DNA of 64,000 bases from Oscillospiraceae bacterium. GTDB lineage: Bacteria; Bacillota; Clostridia; Oscillospirales; QAMX01. This document shows, in pieces, positions 48,397 through 59,077 of the stretch. The DNA is taken from positions 3,679-67,678 of the forward strand of contig SVLY01000006.1 in the NCBI GenBank assembly GCA_015067715.1. Reading direction: 5' to 3'. The notes under the pieces were generated by a model, which was not told the origin of the DNA, did not search any database, and worked only from the letters and a program-made list of their open reading frames with translations. How positions within the stretch are numbered: position 1 is the first letter of the stretch; each line of letters opens with the position of its first letter. A program made the position numbers and the translations under genes.

Positions 48397-50823
48397 CTAT
48401 TCAAACGGATTGAATACGGCGGAAATGCCGATACCGTTGTATATTCTCTGTGACATAAACCCCCGCAGTACGGCGGACACAGCGTCACGGACGGGCTTTG
48501 TGTCGGTCGTTTTGGCAATAACCCGGTAGCGAAGCTTGTTGTTCACCCGGAAGACCGGTGCCGGAGAGGGTGGGAAGACGGTGCTTCCTGCAAGCCGGGC
48601 TGAAAGCTCTTCCGAAACGTGAGCCGCGGCGGCGTAGAGTCTGGAATTTTCCAGACCCGTGAGCTCAAGCACCAAAAGCTCGCAGAAGGGGGGGTACATA
48701 AAGGCTTTGCGAAATTCGCTTTCGCTTTTGAAAAAGCTTTGGTAATCCTGGGCGGCGGCGGCGCGAAGCACGGGATCGCCGGGGGCAAAGGTCTGGATAA
48801 CGGCGCGGCCGCCAAAGCTTCCGCGTCCCGCGCGGCCAACGGCCTGGGTTATCATTGAGAAGGTCCTCTCCGATGCCCGGAAATCCGGCACGTTCAAAAG
48901 CTGGTCCGCATCCAGAACGCCCACGAGGGTGACGTTTGGAAAGTCCAGACCCTTTGCTATCATCTGCGTGCCCAAAAGCATGGGCACGTTTTCGTCTCTG
49001 AACCGGGAGAGAAGCTTTTCGTGGCTCTCCTTTCCGGCGGTGGTGTCCGCATCCATGCGGATTATCCCGAGCCCCGGGAAAAGCTTTGAAAGCTCTGCCT
49101 CGGCTTTTTGTGTGCCGCCGCCTTCGCGGGTGAGGTCGGTACTGCGGCAGGTGGGACAGTTCTCGGTGAGTCTTTCGGAGTGACCGCAGTAGTGGCACAT
49201 CATTCTGTTGTTTGCTGAGTGGTAGGTGAGAGATACCGAACAGTTGGGGCATTTCACCGTGTTTCCGCAGCTCCGGCACAAAAGGCTTCGGCTGTTGCCA
49301 CGGCGGTTTAAAAACAGTATGGCCTGCTGTCCGGCGTCGAAGGTGCGCTCAAGCTCGGAAGCCAGAACGGAGCCTATCATGCCCCCGTTGCCACGGCGAA
49401 GCTCTTCGCCCATGTCGGAGAATATGACCCGGGGCAGGGTCGCCTCTCCGTAGCGGTCAGAGAGGGTGAAGAGGCTGTATTTCCCTGAGACCGCGGAGTA
49501 CATCGTCTCCACAGAGGGGGTCGCGGAGCCCATGAGCAAAAGTGCGTTGTGGGCAACGGCGCGGTATTTTGCAATGTCCCGGGCGTGGTATTTCGGGGAT
49601 TGCTCTGAGCGGTAGGTGTATTCCTGCTCCTCGTCCATAACGATGAGGCCGATATTGTCCAGAGGGGCAAAAACTGCGCTTCTGGTGCCGACAACGACCC
49701 TTGCCTTTCCCGAGCGAATGCGCTTCCACTCGTCCAGCCGTTCGCCAACGCTGAGGGCGGAGTGGACGATGGCCACTTCATCGCCGAAATAGGACGTGAA
49801 TCTGTTCAGAAGCTGGGGTGTGAGGCTTATTTCCGGCACCATGACGATGGCGGTCTTTCCCCGGGAAAGTACCCGGCGGATAAGGCTGACGTAAACGAAG
49901 GTCTTTCCGCTTCCGGTAACCCCGTGGAGAAGCGCGGCCCTGGGGCTTTGGGTCAGACAGAGCTCGTCAAGCCCGGAAAGGGCTTCCTGCTGGGCCCGGG
50001 ACAGAACCGGATCAGGAAGGAGCTCATGGGGGATACTTCGTTTTGAGATGAAGCGTGATACTTCTGCCTCTCTCATGGCAAGCACGCCGGAGCGCACCAG
50101 ACTTTTCACGGTCTGGGTGGAGGCGCCGGTGTAATAGCTGACCTCGCGGAGGGAATACTCGTTTCCGTCCCGGAGAAAGTCCACCACCTCGCTCTGCTTT
50201 GCCCCAAGGCGCGTACCCTCCGGCACGGAGACCAGACGGACGTAGCTGACGGTCTTGTCGCCAACGTTCCGGAGCTCGTGCCTGTCGGAGAGGACCAGCT
50301 TTTTCTTCACAAGGGAATCAAGCTTTTTGGGCGTGTCCTCTTCGGGAAAGGCCTTCGCCAGCTCTGCGGCAGAGACGTCTGCGGCCTTTTGGCACAAAAA
50401 CTCATATATCGGGCGGAGCTTGCTCTTTGGGGACAGGGGAGCGGGAGCCTCTTCCGGGGGAACGGCGCGGTAGTTGATCTCGGTGTGAAAATCAAGTCCC
50501 ACGGGTATCATGGCTTTGACAGCGTCGTAGCAGGTGCAAAAGCACCTGTCGCGCATCCAAAGGCAGAGTTTGATGTCCTTTTCGCTGAGCACCGGCTCGT
50601 TGTCCAATGGGCGGAGCACGGTCTTGAGCTTGTGTCCGGCGGGGTCGGGTTCGGAATTGCCGGCTTCAAGAACAATTGCCTGAACGTGGCGGTTTCCGCC
50701 CCCAAAGGGCACCAGCACCCGCATTCCGGGCAGAAGCTCCATTCCGGCGGGCACGAGATAAGTGTAGGGTCTGTCGTAGGCATAGCTGTCCGCGCGAACG
50801 GCGACTTTTACAGTTCTGCTCAT
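48397..50823 (-). CDS. priA: Primosomal protein N'
   Basis: GVTGSGKT, DEEQE, Cys-rich Zn region and GTQMIAKGLDF motifs. Confidence 0.95.
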   Translation of the reverse strand: MSRTVKVAVRADSYAYDRPYTYLVPAGMELLPGMRVLVPFGGGNRHVQAIVLEAGNSEPDPAGHKLKTVLRPLDNEPVLSEKDIKLCLWMRDRCFCTCYDAVKAMIPVGLDFHTEINYRAVPPEEAPAPLSPKSKLRPIYEFLCQKAADVSAAELAKAFPEEDTPKKLDSLVKKKLVLSDRHELRNVGDKTVSYVRLVSVPEGTRLGAKQSEVVDFLRDGNEYSLREVSYYTGASTQTVKSLVRSGVLAMREAEVSRFISKRSIPHELLPDPVLSRAQQEALSGLDELCLTQSPRAALLHGVTGSGKTFVYVSLIRRVLSRGKTAIVMVPEISLTPQLLNRFTSYFGDEVAIVHSALSVGERLDEWKRIRSGKARVVVGTRSAVFAPLDNIGLIVMDEEQEYTYRSEQSPKYHARDIAKYRAVAHNALLLMGSATPSVETMYSAVSGKYSLFTLSDRYGEATLPRVIFSDMGEELRRGNGGMIGSVLASELERTFDAGQQAILFLNRRGNSRSLLCRSCGNTVKCPNCSVSLTYHSANNRMMCHYCGHSERLTENCPTCRSTDLTREGGGTQKAEAELSKLFPGLGIIRMDADTTAGKESHEKLLSRFRDENVPMLLGTQMIAKGLDFPNVTLVGVLDADQLLNVPDFRASERTFSMITQAVGRAGRGSFGGRAVIQTFAPGDPVLRAAAAQDYQSFFKSESEFRKAFMYPPFCELLVLELTGLENSRLYAAAAHVSEELSARLAGSTVFPPSPAPVFRVNNKLRYRVIAKTTDTKPVRDAVSAVLRGFMSQRIYNGIGISAVFNPFE

Positions 50824-50873
50824 TTGTCCCTTGACCCCTCACTTACTGATTATTTGTTGCGGCGCGGAAAAGC

Positions 50874-51206
50874 TCAGGCGTTTTCTTCCTCTGCCTCTTG
50901 GGCGGTTTCTTCGGCAGCTTCCTCTTCGGGAGCTTCTTCACCGGCATCCTGGGCGGTTTCAAGAGCTTCAACGGATTCTTCGCCCATGAGCTTTTCCATA
51001 TCGGCCTTCTGCTCTTCAGTGAGGTTATAAATGTACTTGCCTTCGGCGATCTCGCAAACGGCCAGTCTTACGGGCTTGTCGGTGAGCTTAATGCCCTGGG
51101 CGGCGGCCTCTTCGGAGATCTCCCGGGCGCGCTTTGCGGTTACGTTTACAAGAAGGTAGCGGTTGCCGATCTTCTCGATAAGGGAGTCAAGAGTGGGATA
51201 AAGCAT
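50874..51206 (-). CDS. rpoZ: RNA polymerase omega subunit with an acidic C-terminal tail
   Basis: MLYP, NRYLLV..AKRAR and KPV..A..EI motifs. Confidence 0.9.
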   Translation of the reverse strand: MLYPTLDSLIEKIGNRYLLVNVTAKRAREISEEAAAQGIKLTDKPVRLAVCEIAEGKYIYNLTEEQKADMEKLMGEESVEALETAQDAGEEAPEEEAAEETAQEAEEENA

Positions 51207-51236
51207 GGTTGTATATTTCCTTTCAGATGATATGGG

Positions 51237-51813
51237 TTATGCCAGTTTTTCTTTGATGATGTCCATGATCTTGCCGGAGGCGTTTTCAACGGAGTCGTTG
51301 CAGATAACGTAGTTGAACTCGCCGGAGCGCAGACATTCGGACTCGGCAATGCGAAGGCGCTTTTCAATGCTTTCGGGGCTGTCGGTGCCGGCCGGAAAGA
51401 CGGCGGCGAAGCTCCTCGAATGAGGGGGGAGTGATGAAAACGGAGACCGCTTCGGGGAAAATGGAGCGCATATTTGCCGCGCCGACCACCTCGATGTCGA
51501 AAACGACGATGTCTCCGGCGGAGATATGCTCGTGGATGGGAGCAAGGGGAGTGCCGTAGAAATTGCCGGCGAACTCTGCAAACTCTGCAAAGCCGTTGAC
51601 CTCAACCAGCTTTGCAAAATCCTCCCGGGTAACAAAGCTGTAGTGGACTCCGTCGATCTCGCTGGGGCGGGGAGCTCTGGTCGTCATGGAGACGGAAAGA
51701 TAGAGCTCTCTGCCAAGTTCGGTGCGGAGCTTTTCCCGGAGCGCTTCGATAACTGTGCCCTTGCCGACACCCGAAGGACCGGAAACGATCAGGAGAAGAC
51801 CTTTTTTACTCAT
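51237..51813 (-). pseudogene. gmk: Guanylate kinase split by a frameshift near 51390 (probable assembly error)
   Basis: GPSGVGKGT, TTRAPR and YGT in one frame. GTDSPESIEKRL...YVICND continues in another frame. Confidence 0.85.
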
Positions 51814-52099
51814 TGTCGACCACCTCTTCATCTTCTTCGTCATCTGTGCCGTCGTCCCAGTTTGACGCGCGGTTTGCCACGGTCTCGGGCTGGAGCGCCG
51901 AGAGAATGACGTGGTCGCTGTCTGTGACGATAACGGCTCTTGTGCGGCGTCCGCAGGTACCGTCTATGAGCATGCTCTTTTCACGGGCTTCCTGAATTAT
52001 CCGCTTTATTGGGGCGGATTCGGGGCTTACGATGGCAATTATTCTGCCAACGGAGACCATGTTTCCAAATCCGATGTTAACAAGTCTGACTTCGTTCAT
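51806..52099 (-). CDS. remA: DUF370 / RemA family protein
   Basis: [15 protein letters not shown] and [15 protein letters not shown] motifs. Confidence 0.9.
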   Translation of the reverse strand: MNEVRLVNIGFGNMVSVGRIIAIVSPESAPIKRIIQEAREKSMLIDGTCGRRTRAVIVTDSDHVILSALQPETVANRASNWDDGTDDEEDEEVVDNE

Positions 52100-52122
52100 A
52101 TTTCTCTGTCACCTTTCGCCTT

Positions 52123-53001
52123 TTACTCAAGGTTCTGGATCTGCTCGCGGATCTTTTCCAGCTCACATTTCATCTCAAGCACAAGGCCGGTGACCTCGAG
52201 GTCGTTTGCCTTGGAGCCGATGGTGTTGATCTCGCGGTTGATCTCCTGAACCAGGAAGTCCAGCTTTCTGCCAACGGCGCCGCCGGCAGAGAGTATCTCG
52301 GAGAGCTGAGCCAGATGGCTTGAAAGGCGAACGGTCTCCTCGTCGGTGGCGGTGCGGTCTGCAAAGATCGCCGCCTCGGCGAGGATTCGCTGCTCGGTAA
52401 CGCCGCTCTCACCCAGCACCTCGGTCATTTTTGCGGTGAGTCTGGCGCGGTATTCCGCAACGATCACGGGCATTCTGGCCTGGACAGTGTCCTTCATTGC
52501 GCCGATGGCGCCGCCCTTTTCGATGATGTCGGCGGCAAGCCTTGCGCCCTCTTCGCCGCGCATTTTGTTGTAGGCTTCAAGGGCGGAATTCAGCTCGGAA
52601 AGCACCTGGGCCAAAAGCTCGTCCCTGTCCTCTTCGATCTTTGCAACGGTGAAAACGTCGGGCAGAGTGGCAATGCGCATGGCGGAAATATCATTTTTCA
52701 GCTCAAATTTGTCGGAGAGAGCGGTGATGTTTTCGATGTACATTGCGGCGGCCTGTTCGTTTACGGAAACGGAAACGTCGCCTGCGGCGTATTCAATGCC
52801 GATGAAAACGTCCACCTTGCCGCGGGTAACGCCGGAGGCCTTGATGGCTGCCTTGACGGGCTCTTCGAGGTACATGTAGATCTTGGGACAGCGGACAGAA
52901 CAGTCCAGAAAGCGGTTGTTCACGGATTTCAGCTCAACGGTGAGGGTCTTGTTTCCGTAAACCCCCTGGCTTCTGCCGTAGCCGGTCATGCTTTTGACCA
53001 T
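52123..53001 (-). CDS. yicC: YicC/YloC family endoribonuclease
   Basis: SMTGYG, GRKLDFLVQE.NRE.NTIGSK and KIREQIQNLE motifs. Confidence 0.92.
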   Translation of the reverse strand: MVKSMTGYGRSQGVYGNKTLTVELKSVNNRFLDCSVRCPKIYMYLEEPVKAAIKASGVTRGKVDVFIGIEYAAGDVSVSVNEQAAAMYIENITALSDKFELKNDISAMRIATLPDVFTVAKIEEDRDELLAQVLSELNSALEAYNKMRGEEGARLAADIIEKGGAIGAMKDTVQARMPVIVAEYRARLTAKMTEVLGESGVTEQRILAEAAIFADRTATDEETVRLSSHLAQLSEILSAGGAVGRKLDFLVQEINREINTIGSKANDLEVTGLVLEMKCELEKIREQIQNLE

Positions 53002-53047
53002 AGCGGTTTTATCATTCCTTTCAGTTGCGCTTTTGTTGGGGAATTAA

Positions 53048-55813
53048 TCAATAGTCGGAGGAGCGGCGGTATTGCATTTCCTGCCAGTCCTCGCGGCTGA
53101 TAAGCAGTTTTCGGGACTTTGCGCCCTCGGAGGGGCCAACGATACCGCAGGCTTCCATTTGATCCACTATTCTTGCGGCGCGGGCAAAGCCCACCTTCAG
53201 CTTGCGCTGGAGCATGGTTGCAGAGCACTGGTTGGTGCTCAGACAGAAGCTTACGGCCTCTTCGAAAAGCTCGTCACGCTCCTCGTCGGGATCCTCGTCG
53301 CCGTCGGAGCCGCCGCCGTCTGCGGCGCGGTCGATCTGGCGCATGATCTCTTCGCTGTAGGTGACCTCAACGCCGTTCTTGATAAAGGCCACAACGCTTT
53401 CGATCTCCGGAGAGGATACGAAACAGCCCTGAACACGTCTGGGCTTGGTTGCGCCGATGGGGAGGAACAGCATATCGCCCCGGCCAAGGAGTGTCTCGGC
53501 GCCGTTGCGGTCGAGGATAATACGGGATTCAAGGGAGCTTGCAACGGAGAATGCGATACGGGAGGGGATGTTTGCCTTCATGGTGCCCTTGATAACGTCC
53601 GCGGAGGGGCGCTGGGTGGCGACCACCAGGTTCATGCCGGCGGCGCGCGCCTTTTGGGCAAGGCGGCAGATAGAGGCTTCGACTTCCTTGGGGCTGGTCA
53701 TCATAAGGTCGGCAAGCTCGTCGATAACGATGATTATGCGGGGCAGCTTTTCAAGATGCTGAGCCTCGGGGTTACCCTCGTTTTCGGCGTTCATGCGGTC
53801 GACGGCTTCGTTGTACTCCGCAAAATTGCGGAAACCAAAGCCGTTGAAGCGCTTATAGCGCTCTTCCATTTCCATGACCGCCCATTGCAGAGCGCCGGCG
53901 GCTTTTTTATAGTCGGTGACAACGGGGATGAGCAGGTGGGGAATGCCGTTGTAGGAGGCAAATTCCACCATCTTGGGGTCGATGAGGATGAGCCGCAGAT
54001 CCTCGGGGCTGGATTTGTAGATAAGGCTGATGAGAAGGGAGTTGATGCAGACGGATTTACCGGAGTTTGTGGTACCGCCCACAAGAACGTGGGGCAGACG
54101 GGAGATATCGCCCACAACGGGACGGCCGCTTATGTCCTTGCCAAGGGCAAAGGTGGCGCCGGACTTGGCGTCGGCAAACTCGCTTGCCTCGATAACGTCA
54201 CGGAGGAAGACTGTCTCAACGTTGCGGTTGGGAACCTCGATGCCAACGGCGAATTTTTCGGGAATGTCGGAAACGCGGACGGACTGAGCTCCCATTGCAA
54301 GGGCGATGTCCTCGGAAAGGCCGGAGATTCGGGCGATCTTAATGCCGCTTCCCAGCTGGATCTCGTATCTGGTGACGGCAGGGCCGCGGGTCACGCCGAC
54401 GATACGGGCTTCAACGCCGAAGCTTGCCAAAGTGGCGATGAGCTTTTCCTGGTTGGCTCTGGTTTCGGCCTCGGTGAGCTCGCGGCTGGGGGGAGGAGCG
54501 CTTTTTAGCAGCTCAAGAGGCGGGAAAACGTATCCCCTGAGGGGATCGGTGATCTCGGATGCGGCCTGGGCGACGGCCATTTCAAGCTCCTCGGCGGACA
54601 TTGTGGGCCGGGGGCGGCTGGAGTCCGTGCCGGGATTGTCGGGATCCTCAACCATTGCGCTGTCGTCGGGGTCGGGGGTGCTTTCAAAGGGGAAGGCGAT
54701 CACCTCGCCGGTGCCGGGGTCAACGCTGTCGCCGTAGTCGGGACGCTCCTCCCATGGGGGAAGCTCGTCGGCATCGTCCGAAATGCCGGTCTCGGCCTCC
54801 ACGGAGGCCAGCAGACGGGAGAAGGGAGTTTCGCCCGGGTCGGTCTCGGGTTCGGGCTCGGGAGTTTCGGGAACCTTGACCTTGCCCTCTCCGGCGGGAG
54901 TGGCGTGGACGGTGTAGAAATTGTCGGATTCAGGCTCGGGCTCGCTTACGGCAACGGGAGCGGCGGTCTTTTTGGCAACGGAGTCCGGCGTGGGGAAGAC
55001 GGGCTCGTCGGGCTTTTCGTTTGCGGGAGTTGCCATGGGCATATCGCTGTCCAGGGCAAAGTCGATGCGCCGGGTCTTTGCATCGGTGCGGGCGCGAAGC
55101 TCTGCGCGCTGGATCGCCTCGGCGTCGGCCATTTTTCTGGCTTCGGCCTCGGCGGCCTCCTGCTCTGCGAGAATTCTTTTACGCTCGGCCCGTTCAGCCT
55201 TGCGGGTGACGCGCATCTCGTGGGCCTTTTCGCCGGTCTTTTCCATTTTGTCCGAGGCCTTGTTCATGATCAGCGAGAGGGGAATGCGGAGTATGACCAG
55301 GGCAAGCCCTGCGGCAAGGACGAAGAGCAGTATTGCCGCGCCGACTCCGGAGAGCGCCCAGGAGAGGATCTCGGTCAGACCGCCGGCAATAAGGCCGCCG
55401 CTGGTGTATTCGGCACCGTCGGCACAGAGCTTGCCAAGAGTGCTCCAGGTGTAGTTGTTTTTGGGAAAGACGGCGGTGAAAAGGTGGCCGATGGAGCCCA
55501 CCAGCAGGGGCAGACAGCCTACAGCCCCCAGCCAAAGGGCACGCAGGTTTTTGTTCAGCCGCATGAGCACGTGCCCGGCGATCACGGCGAACACAAGGGG
55601 CAGGGCAAACAGGCCGGGGCCCAGAAGCCAGGCGAAAAATTTGTTTATAAAGGCCAGCACCTTCGCGTTGGGGGCAAAAAAGCCCACCACCATCAGCACG
55701 GCCAGCAGAAGAAAGACGACAACAGCCCCCTGGCGCCATTTGCGCACGGTATCCCCGTGTTTTGCTCCGCTGGGAAGGGCGCGTTTTTCTTCGGATTTCT
55801 TTGTTTTAGCCAA
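53048..55813 (-). CDS. ftsK: DNA translocase FtsK/SpoIIIE
   Basis: N-terminal TMs, Pro/acidic linker, GTTNSGKS, IDELADLM, ATQRPS and gamma domain LQRKLKVGFARA. Confidence 0.93.
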   Translation of the reverse strand: MAKTKKSEEKRALPSGAKHGDTVRKWRQGAVVVFLLLAVLMVVGFFAPNAKVLAFINKFFAWLLGPGLFALPLVFAVIAGHVLMRLNKNLRALWLGAVGCLPLLVGSIGHLFTAVFPKNNYTWSTLGKLCADGAEYTSGGLIAGGLTEILSWALSGVGAAILLFVLAAGLALVILRIPLSLIMNKASDKMEKTGEKAHEMRVTRKAERAERKRILAEQEAAEAEARKMADAEAIQRAELRARTDAKTRRIDFALDSDMPMATPANEKPDEPVFPTPDSVAKKTAAPVAVSEPEPESDNFYTVHATPAGEGKVKVPETPEPEPETDPGETPFSRLLASVEAETGISDDADELPPWEERPDYGDSVDPGTGEVIAFPFESTPDPDDSAMVEDPDNPGTDSSRPRPTMSAEELEMAVAQAASEITDPLRGYVFPPLELLKSAPPPSRELTEAETRANQEKLIATLASFGVEARIVGVTRGPAVTRYEIQLGSGIKIARISGLSEDIALAMGAQSVRVSDIPEKFAVGIEVPNRNVETVFLRDVIEASEFADAKSGATFALGKDISGRPVVGDISRLPHVLVGGTTNSGKSVCINSLLISLIYKSSPEDLRLILIDPKMVEFASYNGIPHLLIPVVTDYKKAAGALQWAVMEMEERYKRFNGFGFRNFAEYNEAVDRMNAENEGNPEAQHLEKLPRIIIVIDELADLMMTSPKEVEASICRLAQKARAAGMNLVVATQRPSADVIKGTMKANIPSRIAFSVASSLESRIILDRNGAETLLGRGDMLFLPIGATKPRRVQGCFVSSPEIESVVAFIKNGVEVTYSEEIMRQIDRAADGGGSDGDEDPDEERDELFEEAVSFCLSTNQCSATMLQRKLKVGFARAARIVDQMEACGIVGPSEGAKSRKLLISREDWQEMQYRRSSDY

Positions 55814-56055
55814 GAGAGATTACCTCCGTGATATGTGAAAAAAAGGTGATTGCAGACGGGAAAAATCCTGCCGGGTCTTTTAGACAAGACTTCAATATAT
55901 TATACCACACAAGCAACCAAATTGGAAGTACTAAATTAGGGTGAAAGAGTTAAAAAACCATTCGGAAAGGGCAGAAAAAAGCTGTCTGTTCAGTGGATGA
56001 GCAGACAGCTTCGGAGAAAAAACAGATTTTAAGCCAAAGGTGGGGGGAGGGGCGC

Positions 56056-56616
56056 TCAGTCGAACTGGTCATAGCCCCCGCGATATACCCAGAGCCTTCT
56101 TCCCAGAGCGTAAAGCCCGGTTCGGAGACCTGTGGCGGCAAGCAGCGTTGCAAGCACCGAAAGCTCCTCAAAGCGCAGAACGTTCCGCAAAAACAGAAAG
56201 GGCATGTAGGCTATAAGACCGTTCACCCAGGAGGCGTCGGACTTTGTGTACATGATGTAGAGCACCACGGCCGGCAGGGCGTAGACAAGGGTGACGCCAA
56301 GGTCGGAAAAGAAATACTCCCTGGTGGGTATCTTTTCTTTTTTGGTTATCTTAACGCCCATGCGCCATGCAATTAAGCAGGTAAAGAACAGGTAAAAAAT
56401 ATAGCCCGTGAGACAGAGGATAAGGCTTTCGTCCACGGGGGCACGCTCGAGCAACGGGCGGAGCCAGAACCCAAAGGAGAACATTCCAAGCAGGCTTCCG
56501 CAGACGGAAAAGAAAACGGTTATGACAAAAAGCAGTATGCAGCGGAGGATGGTTCTTTTTGTTTTTGTGTCCGACAGACCTGTTTTGGCTTTTTTGATAA
56601 CGTCTTTTACTTTCAT
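56056..56616 (-). CDS. Hypothetical multi-pass membrane protein
   Basis: ATG after GGAGG; about four hydrophobic segments. Confidence 0.6.
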   Translation of the reverse strand: MKVKDVIKKAKTGLSDTKTKRTILRCILLFVITVFFSVCGSLLGMFSFGFWLRPLLERAPVDESLILCLTGYIFYLFFTCLIAWRMGVKITKKEKIPTREYFFSDLGVTLVYALPAVVLYIMYTKSDASWVNGLIAYMPFLFLRNVLRFEELSVLATLLAATGLRTGLYALGRRLWVYRGGYDQFD

Positions 56617-56690
56617 AGCAGCCCTCCGGAGATGATTATTTCCTGTTCTTATAATAGCACAATGTGCTCCGATATTCAAGAGCGCATCCG

Positions 56691-56719
56691 TTTACAAAAA
56701 GTTTTTTTCGTGGTATAAT
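56691..56719 (+). promoter_or_regulatory. Sigma-A promoter of xth-MATE
   Basis: TTTACA, 17 nt, TATAAT with extended TG. Confidence 0.7.
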
Positions 56720-56745
56720 TCCGTTGAGAGAATAAGAGGAAAGGG

Positions 56746-57510
56746 ATGAGCCAAAACTTGCGACTTATATCCTGGAACGTCAACGGCCTTCGGTCCTGTG
56801 TGGGCAAGGGTCTTGGCGAATTCATAGAAAGAGAAGCTCCGGACGTTTTCTGCCTTCAGGAGACGAAGCTTCAGCCGGAGCAGAACCCCTTTGAGCCCGA
56901 GGGCTATTTCCGATGGTTTAACAGCGCCGAGAAAAAGGGCTATTCCGGCACGGCGGTGTTTTCGAAGACGGAGCCTGAAAACGTCACCTTCGGTCTGGGA
57001 ATTCCGGAGCTGGACACCGAAGGGCGTGTGATCACGGCTGAATTTGAGAGCTTTTATCTTGTGTCCTGCTACACCCCCAACGCCCAGCGGGAGCTGACCC
57101 GTCTGCCCTTCCGCATGGTCTGGGAGGATGCCTTCCGGGGATACGTTACGGCCCTTGCTGAGAAAAAGCCAACCCTCATCTGCGGCGATCTGAACGTTGC
57201 CCACGAGGAGATAGACCTTAAAAACCCGAAATCCAACCGGGGCAACGCCGGCTTTACGGATCAGGAGCGGGAAAAGTTTTCTGCCCTGCTGGCCTCCGGC
57301 TTTACGGACAGCTTCCGCCATCTTCACCCCGAGGAGGAAAAATATTCCTGGTGGAGCTATATGTTCAAGGCCAGGGAGAAAAACGTGGGATGGAGAATAG
57401 ACTATTTCCTCGTATCCACCTGCGCCCGGGACAGGATAGTTTCTGCGGACATCCTGACCGAGGTCACGGGTTCGGACCATGCGCCTGTAGTGCTGGAATT
57501 TGAAGCTTAA
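56746..57510 (+). CDS. xth: Exodeoxyribonuclease III
   Basis: SWNVNG, LQETK, GDLNVAH, GWRIDY and SDHAP motifs. Confidence 0.95.
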   Translation: MSQNLRLISWNVNGLRSCVGKGLGEFIEREAPDVFCLQETKLQPEQNPFEPEGYFRWFNSAEKKGYSGTAVFSKTEPENVTFGLGIPELDTEGRVITAEFESFYLVSCYTPNAQRELTRLPFRMVWEDAFRGYVTALAEKKPTLICGDLNVAHEEIDLKNPKSNRGNAGFTDQEREKFSALLASGFTDSFRHLHPEEEKYSWWSYMFKAREKNVGWRIDYFLVSTCARDRIVSADILTEVTGSDHAPVVLEFEA

Positions 57511-57525
57511 GGAGTTCATTTTACT

Positions 57526-58902
57526 GTGGCAAGAGTAACAGATATGACCGTGGGAAATCCCACGAAGCTTCTTGTGGGCTTTGCCCTGCCCATGATGTTC
57601 GGCAACCTTTTCCAGCAGATGTACAGCCTTGTGGACACCCTCGTGGTGGGCAGGGGCGTTGGCGTTAACGGTCTTTCCGCCGTTGGCTCTGCGGGATGGC
57701 TGGACTGGTTTTTCCTGGGAAACATAATGGGACTTATGCAGGGCTTTATGGTGCTCATCTCCCAGCGCTTCGGCGCGGAGGATCTCAAGGGCATGAGAAA
57801 GGCCGTTGCAATGTCCATATACCTGGCAATTGCGGCAACCGTGCTGTTTACAACGGTCGCCCTTCTCACCGCCCGCCCCATTCTTGAGATACTCAAGACT
57901 CCGGACGCCACCATCGACATGTCCCACAGCTACATACGCATTGTCTTCATGGGCATTCCCATTATCGTTATCTACAACCTGCTGGCCTCCATCCTCCGTG
58001 CACTTGGAAACAGCAAGGTTCCCCTTGTGGCGATCATTATCGCATCCGTTATGAACATCGGCCTTGACGTTCTCTTTGTCATCGGCTTTAAGTGGGGTGT
58101 CGTTGGCGCTGCCGCCGCAACCGTTACCTCTCAGCTTTTCTCTGCGGTATTCTGCTTTATTGCCGTGCTGAGAGTCCCTCAGCTGAAAATGGAAGCCGAA
58201 GACTTCAGGCCCGACTGGCCGGTCATGGGCAGGCTTCTCAAGCTGGGTCTGCCCCTTATGTTCAACAGCTTCGTCATCTCCGTGGGCGGACTTGTGGTTC
58301 AGTATATCGTCAACGGCTTCGGTCCGGTCTTCGTGGCGGCTGTCACTGCGGCAAACCGGGTTTGCGGACTTATGGAGCAGGCCGGCGTTTCCGTTGCAAC
58401 GGCGGCAGGTACCTTCACCGGCCAGAACTACGGCGCCAAAAAGTTTGACCGCATTCGCCAGGGCGTGAACAGGGCAATGATGATCTCCGTTTCCATCGCC
58501 TGGATTCTGGGCGCCATCGTTGCGGTGTTTGCCCGGCCCATCATCAGGTTCTTCGTTGAGGACGAGCCCGAAGTGGTGGAGCAGGTGGTGGATATGGCTC
58601 ACCCCTATATGCTCATCATCTGCGGATTTCTCTGGATGCTCTACCTGCTCTACGTTTACCGCACCTCTCTCCAGGGGATGGGTGACTCCATTACGCCCTT
58701 TGTTTCGGGCATTATCGAGCTGATCTTCCGTATCGGCATAGTGCTTGCCCTGACCCGTTTCGTGGGTGAATACGGCGTGTATTTTGCAGAGGTCTCTGCC
58801 TGGGCGGGCGCGGCAGTACTGCTGGTCACGGTGTATTACTTCAAACTTAATAAGCTCTGTCCCCGGGGGAAAAAATCTCCGGAAGCTGGAATTGAAGCCT
58901 GA
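57526..58902 (+). CDS. MATE family efflux transporter
   Basis: DMTVGNP, QQMYSLVD, NIGLD and GQNYGA motifs; 12-TM pattern. Confidence 0.92.
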   Translation: MARVTDMTVGNPTKLLVGFALPMMFGNLFQQMYSLVDTLVVGRGVGVNGLSAVGSAGWLDWFFLGNIMGLMQGFMVLISQRFGAEDLKGMRKAVAMSIYLAIAATVLFTTVALLTARPILEILKTPDATIDMSHSYIRIVFMGIPIIVIYNLLASILRALGNSKVPLVAIIIASVMNIGLDVLFVIGFKWGVVGAAAATVTSQLFSAVFCFIAVLRVPQLKMEAEDFRPDWPVMGRLLKLGLPLMFNSFVISVGGLVVQYIVNGFGPVFVAAVTAANRVCGLMEQAGVSVATAAGTFTGQNYGAKKFDRIRQGVNRAMMISVSIAWILGAIVAVFARPIIRFFVEDEPEVVEQVVDMAHPYMLIICGFLWMLYLLYVYRTSLQGMGDSITPFVSGIIELIFRIGIVLALTRFVGEYGVYFAEVSAWAGAAVLLVTVYYFKLNKLCPRGKKSPEAGIEA

Positions 58903-58914
58903 AGATTTAGTTGA

Positions 58915-58963
58915 AATAACCCACCTGTTTCCCTGTGTTGCCCGGGAGAACAGGTGGGTTATT
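58915..58963 (+). terminator. Terminator hairpin after the MATE gene
   Basis: aataacccacctgtt...aacaggtgggttatt. Confidence 0.7.
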
Positions 58964-59077
58964 GTGTTGAAAACAGAGGTTACTGCGGAAAATGATGGAA
59001 CTGTAAAGTTAAGACACTTTTCACGTGGGTCTTAAGGTGTAAAGCAAAAGAACAGACCGCGTAAAGTGTTTTGCACC

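Noticed and set aside
51237-51843. Programmed ribosomal frameshift in gmk (or rlmN)
   Set aside because: No slippery heptamer or homopolymer at either junction; a small deletion or sequencing error explains both.
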